IMG/VR virus record: IMGVR_UViG_3300042445_002020
Direction: 5' to 3' (one strand)
DNA from: an uncultured virus (IMG/VR IMGVR_UViG_3300042445_002020)
Lineage: Duplodnaviria > Heunggongvirae > Uroviricota > Caudoviricetes
Length of the DNA stretch: 64,000 nucleotides
Notes under the pieces: model-generated
What the model saw: the letters and a program-made list of their open reading frames with translations, nothing else
Database searches by the model: none
What the model was told of the DNA's origin: nothing
Made by a program: the position numbers and the translations under genes
Part shown: positions 60,192-64,000 of the stretch, piece by piece
Layout: each line of letters opens with the position of its first letter
Numbering within the stretch: the stretch's first letter is position 1

Positions 60192-60762
60192 ATAGTGTTT
60201 TTGGTAAATAAATTATGCTTGACGGGAATTTAGTAACATACTCTTCAATGAATAACCAATCCGATTGTGCAATGGTGGTGTCTAATTTTAATTGTTTCGC
60301 GAATTTAGTTTTAGAAGCAAAATTACCAATATCAATTCTACCGTATTTAACCATGGATTTTACATGAATATACTCAAAATTTACCCAATTGTGAACCATA
60401 TCACAAAAAATAAAATTAGATTCAGGATGTTCATTTGTTGCGGATAAAAAATTATCAACAAAAACAGGGACATAATAATTATCTTCGCCGGTCATAACAA
60501 CCCATTCTTCTGTGGCTAATTCTAAACCTATATTTCTAGGTGTATGCCCCCAATCATTATGTCTTTCGGGTAAAATAGTAAATCTTATTCTTTCATCATC
60601 CTTAAAGTATTTCATAATTTTATCTAACGTACCTTGTGGTGGGCAGTCTGCAATAACATGTGCCACCCATTCGTTACTTGTTTGCGCACATAAAGAATTC
60701 AATAAACACATTAAGTGATCTGGTCTATTATATGTTGGTATTATAAATTCTATTTTGCTCAT
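60178..60762 (-). CDS. Glycosyltransferase family 2
   Basis: IIPTYNR, WGHTPRNIGL, GEDNYY. Confidence 0.85.
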   Translation of the reverse strand: MSKIEFIIPTYNRPDHLMCLLNSLCAQTSNEWVAHVIADCPPQGTLDKIMKYFKDDERIRFTILPERHNDWGHTPRNIGLELATEEWVVMTGEDNYYVPVFVDNFLSATNEHPESNFIFCDMVHNWVNFEYIHVKSMVKYGRIDIGNFASKTKFAKQLKLDTTIAQSDWLFIEEYVTKFPSSIIYLPKTLYVHN

Positions 60763-60764
60763 AA

Positions 60765-61496
60765 TTAATTTCTTTTATCAAATAACATGTACCAATTCCA
60801 ACTTGTTATTAATTTATCATCCATTTCAGATTCAGAACTTTCTTTAGGTGAATAATTACATTTTAGTGGTGATTCATAAAGACCACTAATTTGAAATCCA
60901 TGTGTATACATAAAATATACAAAATTATCATAATCAAATAAACCCTTATAAATAAATGTGTGCCCCATTCTCCAATTAGGAACGCTTACAAACATTTTAC
61001 CACCATTTTTTACAAGTTTATAACATTCTTGAACAACAATTGACGGGTTATATATGTGTTCCAAAAAATCATTTGTAATTAAAAAATCATAATCATTTGA
61101 CAAATCATTGGTGTCAAATGAATTCATCAAATCTTTTACAAAAAAATTACCTTTATAATTTCTATCTTGAAATATTTTTTGGGCTCCTGGTTGATCGATA
61201 AATGTGTAATCTAAATCAATAGATTTATCAATTATTTTTTGACCTAATAATCCGGGACCCGAACCTAACTCTATGATTTTTTTAAAGTTATTTTCATTAA
61301 CAATTTTACACAATATATTTGACTCATATTCATATCTTTCTTGCCAAGTTGGTATATCAATTCTGCATTCAATGTCAACTAAATTTAGTTCGGTTTTTTC
61401 ATTGACCCATTCATTGTCATTTTCAAATTGATGTTTATATTGTTCATTTTTAAAAAATGTAACGTCGTGTTCACCATTTGTTCTAAAGATTGCCAT
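60765..61496 (-). CDS. Class I SAM-dependent methyltransferase
   Basis: IIELGSGPG, DFLEHI, GGKMFVSVPN. Confidence 0.85.
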   Translation of the reverse strand: MAIFRTNGEHDVTFFKNEQYKHQFENDNEWVNEKTELNLVDIECRIDIPTWQERYEYESNILCKIVNENNFKKIIELGSGPGLLGQKIIDKSIDLDYTFIDQPGAQKIFQDRNYKGNFFVKDLMNSFDTNDLSNDYDFLITNDFLEHIYNPSIVVQECYKLVKNGGKMFVSVPNWRMGHTFIYKGLFDYDNFVYFMYTHGFQISGLYESPLKCNYSPKESSESEMDDKLITSWNWYMLFDKRN

Positions 61497-61499
61497 AAG

Positions 61500-62120
61500 T
61501 TAAATTGTTTTATAAAAATTGTTTTGTTTTTCTTGACGTTCTATTGTCTTATGGTGTTGTATACAATAATCGTCGTCATCGGTTGGTAATGATGAAAATT
61601 TTTGACCACCTAAAATTCGTTCGTGAACCTTACCATACCAACTCATTCCTTTCTTATAGATTCTTCCCTGTGCATCAGGATAGTTAACCCATCCCTTATT
61701 GTTTACATTCCACCCCCACTTTTTAATATGTTCATCGGTTAAACCTTGAACTGTATTAATTCTTGGAACAAATATTAAGTCCACACCAGGATTCATTTCT
61801 AATATTTGATGTAAGTTTTGTACCATATACTCACTAATCATTTCATCTGCATCAAGTTGGTAAATGTAATTACCTTTACAATAACCATTTAATATGTTTT
61901 TAAAATCTGCAAAATTATTATTCCAATCAAAACATTTCCACGTTTGAACATTGGGTAATTTATTGTATGGTAATAAGAAATCTAATACTTCAGGGTTACC
62001 ATTTTTTTCATCATATAGAATCACAATCTCGTCTTGAGCTCTCTTGTGTTTCAATATGAATGGTACCAACTTCTTGATTTCCTCCAACTCGTTGCAAACT
62101 GTTATCGCAAAACTTATCAT
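61500..62120 (-). CDS. Glycosyltransferase family 2
   Basis: MISFAITVCNE, QLDADE, VPRIN, GKVHE. Start is 62120 or 62138. Confidence 0.85.
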   Translation of the reverse strand: MISFAITVCNELEEIKKLVPFILKHKRAQDEIVILYDEKNGNPEVLDFLLPYNKLPNVQTWKCFDWNNNFADFKNILNGYCKGNYIYQLDADEMISEYMVQNLHQILEMNPGVDLIFVPRINTVQGLTDEHIKKWGWNVNNKGWVNYPDAQGRIYKKGMSWYGKVHERILGGQKFSSLPTDDDDYCIQHHKTIERQEKQNNFYKTI

Positions 62121-62211
62121 ATTTCTTTTTGTTTTCATTTATTGTTAATTCCTCACACCTCCAACACCACTCTTTATTTTCCGTATCCCAAATATGTCTT
62201 TCACATTTCAT
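62011..62211 (-). CDS. Possible small Cys/His protein
   Basis: ATGA overlap with the upstream gene and CERH..CWRC, but it overlaps the GT2 gene by more than 100 nt. Confidence 0.35.
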   Translation of the reverse strand: MKCERHIWDTENKEWCWRCEELTINENKKKYDKFCDNSLQRVGGNQEVGTIHIETQESSRRDCDSI

Positions 62212-62459
62212 GCTCTATTATCTCCTATATTCATCCACCAATCAAGATAATTAAAATTATCACCACCATTTATTTTTCTTGTTAGTCTTTCTATTATATC
62301 CTCATCAATACTTCTTGAAATTTCTTCCGACATCACTCTAATTAATTCTGCTTCAACATCGACACGTCTTTCATTAAAACCATCAAGATCCCAAACCGCA
62401 CGAAGTCTTCTAGCCCCCTTTTTTGATATCCCATGAAAAAATTTAAATTCACTAACCAT
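62208..62459 (-). CDS. Small protein containing a T4 gp23-like major-capsid segment
   Basis: MVSEFKFFHG...RRLRAVW...DVEAELIRVMSEEISRSIDEDII. Start moved to 62459. Confidence 0.55.
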   Translation of the reverse strand: MVSEFKFFHGISKKGARRLRAVWDLDGFNERRVDVEAELIRVMSEEISRSIDEDIIERLTRKINGGDNFNYLDWWMNIGDNRA

Positions 62460-62712
62460 TTTGTCTCTCCCTCGCAAATAATTTAAACTCTCTACCATTA
62501 TTGTTGAATGCAATATTACTATCTGAAGTTGGACTTAATTGGATTGAACATTCATTAGGACCTGTGGCAAAGACAACCGGTTCTTCCTCATCAAATTGAA
62601 AACAAAACTCAACATCTTCAGAAATAAACATTGGTCGAGTTAACGTTAATAGTTGTGTTGGTTCCAATTCTAAAAACAAGTTAGTCTTCCCTTGAAAAAA
62701 TTTAAAGTTCAT
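62452..62712 (-). CDS. Hypothetical protein
   Basis: MNFKFFQG N-terminus shared with the downstream ORF. Confidence 0.6.
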   Translation of the reverse strand: MNFKFFQGKTNLFLELEPTQLLTLTRPMFISEDVEFCFQFDEEEPVVFATGPNECSIQLSPTSDSNIAFNNNGREFKLFARERQNG

Positions 62713-62716
62713 CACC

Positions 62717-63964
62717 TTATTTTATTTTAGTAAGTTTAGGTAGTATAAGTTTTTGTTCTTTTGGTTGTACTGAGAATGGATTAATAATATCTTTAAACTT
62801 TTCTTTCATTTTTTCCATTGAGAATTTTTCTTTATTCTCATCACCCAACATCATAGACTTCTCTAAAAATTTATCGTAGTCTTTATAAACCAATTTAAAA
62901 ACTTCAGTCACTTCGTTGTAGTTTGCGGTAAACCATTTAGAATCTTTCAATATAAAAGTATCAACCGCACTTTCATGAACCTCGGTTAATTTACCACCAA
63001 TCATAATTGCTTTATCCATTGGTAGGAAATCCTTATGTCCTGACCAGTTTGATGCAATTACGGGTTTACCTGTCATTGTAAATTCTAATAAAGGTCTACC
63101 AAACCCTTCACCTTTTGTAATCGTTACCATTGATTTAACTTTAGGATGATTATATAAATTATTCATCTCATCATTAGTTAAATCACCAAACAACAAATAG
63201 ATTGACGGTGGATTTTTATAATCACTCACTAACCCTTCTATCTTCTTTCTAAAACTTTCTCTTTCTTTAATTGAGAACGATGCGGATGATGTTTTAAGGA
63301 TAAGTGCGGGTCTATCTTCAACATCTTTAAATGCTTCTGCGAAACATCTAATCAACATACCAACATCTTTTCTATCTTGACCTGTGTCACCCTTTAACCA
63401 ATGACCAACAAACAAGTAAGCAAAATCTTCTTTGATGTCAATGTCAATATTGTTATAAACGTTGTTGTATATTTTGGTATCAACACCTTCAAATAGAACT
63501 TCAATTTGTCTTTCAATCTTATGTTGTTTAATTAACTTACCAGTATTTTGTTCATTCTCATTGTAAACTGTTTGTAACAAAACATCTTTTGAAAACGTGG
63601 ACGTTGTAATGATTAAATCCATTCTATTACAACCATCAATCCAATCCTTAGGTGCAATAGTCGTTTCAATGCCAGCAGTAATCCCGATATTAAATTTACC
63701 AACTCTTTGGAATTCATTTGGAACAGTTACTTGAACGTAAATGTCTGGTGTTTTTTCTAATTGATTAACAATATTAGACTCAATCCATTTATGAAATAAA
63801 TTATCTTCCAATGCCGTCATCGGGGTTGAACCCCACATACAACTATCAATCTTGATTTCAAACAAATCCATTTCATAAAGTGCTTGTAACAAATCTCTTG
63901 AGTGGGCACCATATCCACTTCTTGTTTTAACTGGTCCTCTAAATAATAAAAATGGTTTGTTCAT
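62717..63964 (-). CDS. GT-B (family 4-like) glycosyltransferase
   Basis: SGYG, FVGHW...RKDVG, KGEGFGRPLLE...PVIASNWSGH. Confidence 0.9.
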   Translation of the reverse strand: MNKPFLLFRGPVKTRSGYGAHSRDLLQALYEMDLFEIKIDSCMWGSTPMTALEDNLFHKWIESNIVNQLEKTPDIYVQVTVPNEFQRVGKFNIGITAGIETTIAPKDWIDGCNRMDLIITTSTFSKDVLLQTVYNENEQNTGKLIKQHKIERQIEVLFEGVDTKIYNNVYNNIDIDIKEDFAYLFVGHWLKGDTGQDRKDVGMLIRCFAEAFKDVEDRPALILKTSSASFSIKERESFRKKIEGLVSDYKNPPSIYLLFGDLTNDEMNNLYNHPKVKSMVTITKGEGFGRPLLEFTMTGKPVIASNWSGHKDFLPMDKAIMIGGKLTEVHESAVDTFILKDSKWFTANYNEVTEVFKLVYKDYDKFLEKSMMLGDENKEKFSMEKMKEKFKDIINPFSVQPKEQKLILPKLTKIK

Positions 63965-64000
63965 ATTATATAATCTTGTATAAATTAAATTTACTTCTTG

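Noticed and set aside
1..64000. Stop-codon or CGG reassignment in this genome
   Set aside because: TAA, TAG and TGA all end genes at tight junctions with full-length ORFs, and CGG aligns with AGA in paralogous positions.

Overview
This is a strongly AT-rich, gene-dense segment that reads as part of a large (jumbo-type) tailed phage genome. Genes overlap tightly (ATGA/TAATG), obvious Shine-Dalgarno sites are lacking, and one outer-membrane protein has a SusC-like TonB-box motif, so a Bacteroidota host is plausible (inference). Layout: (1) 1-10.5 kb, virion/receptor-binding genes (tail fibres, four LamG-like lectins, two fibrinogen-C proteins); (2) 10.5-40 kb, about 35 modifying enzymes (glycosyltransferases, six radical SAM enzymes, 2OG-Fe(II) oxygenases, sulfotransferase-like proteins with CysC, a carbamoyltransferase, SGNH-like proteins, methyltransferases); (3) 40-52.5 kb, a 1764-aa tail fibre and a propeller-like/rSAM/U32/methyltransferase cassette; (4) an odd tRNA, an outer-membrane barrel and a permease; (5) 55-64 kb, a minus-strand sugar-nucleotide and glycosyltransferase operon. 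Three signals stand out. (a) A circularly permuted ATP-grasp-like protein is fused to a degenerate Hint domain whose His-Asn end is followed by a 25-aa Cys/aromatic-rich peptide, a candidate self-releasing RiPP-like precursor. (b) Fourteen enzymes of unrelated folds end in the same basic-x-Leu-Ile-stop tail written with different synonymous codons, a candidate docking or targeting signal. (c) A tRNA has a serine-type body but an Arg (CCG) anticodon. All family assignments come from motifs recognised by eye; no database searches were run.
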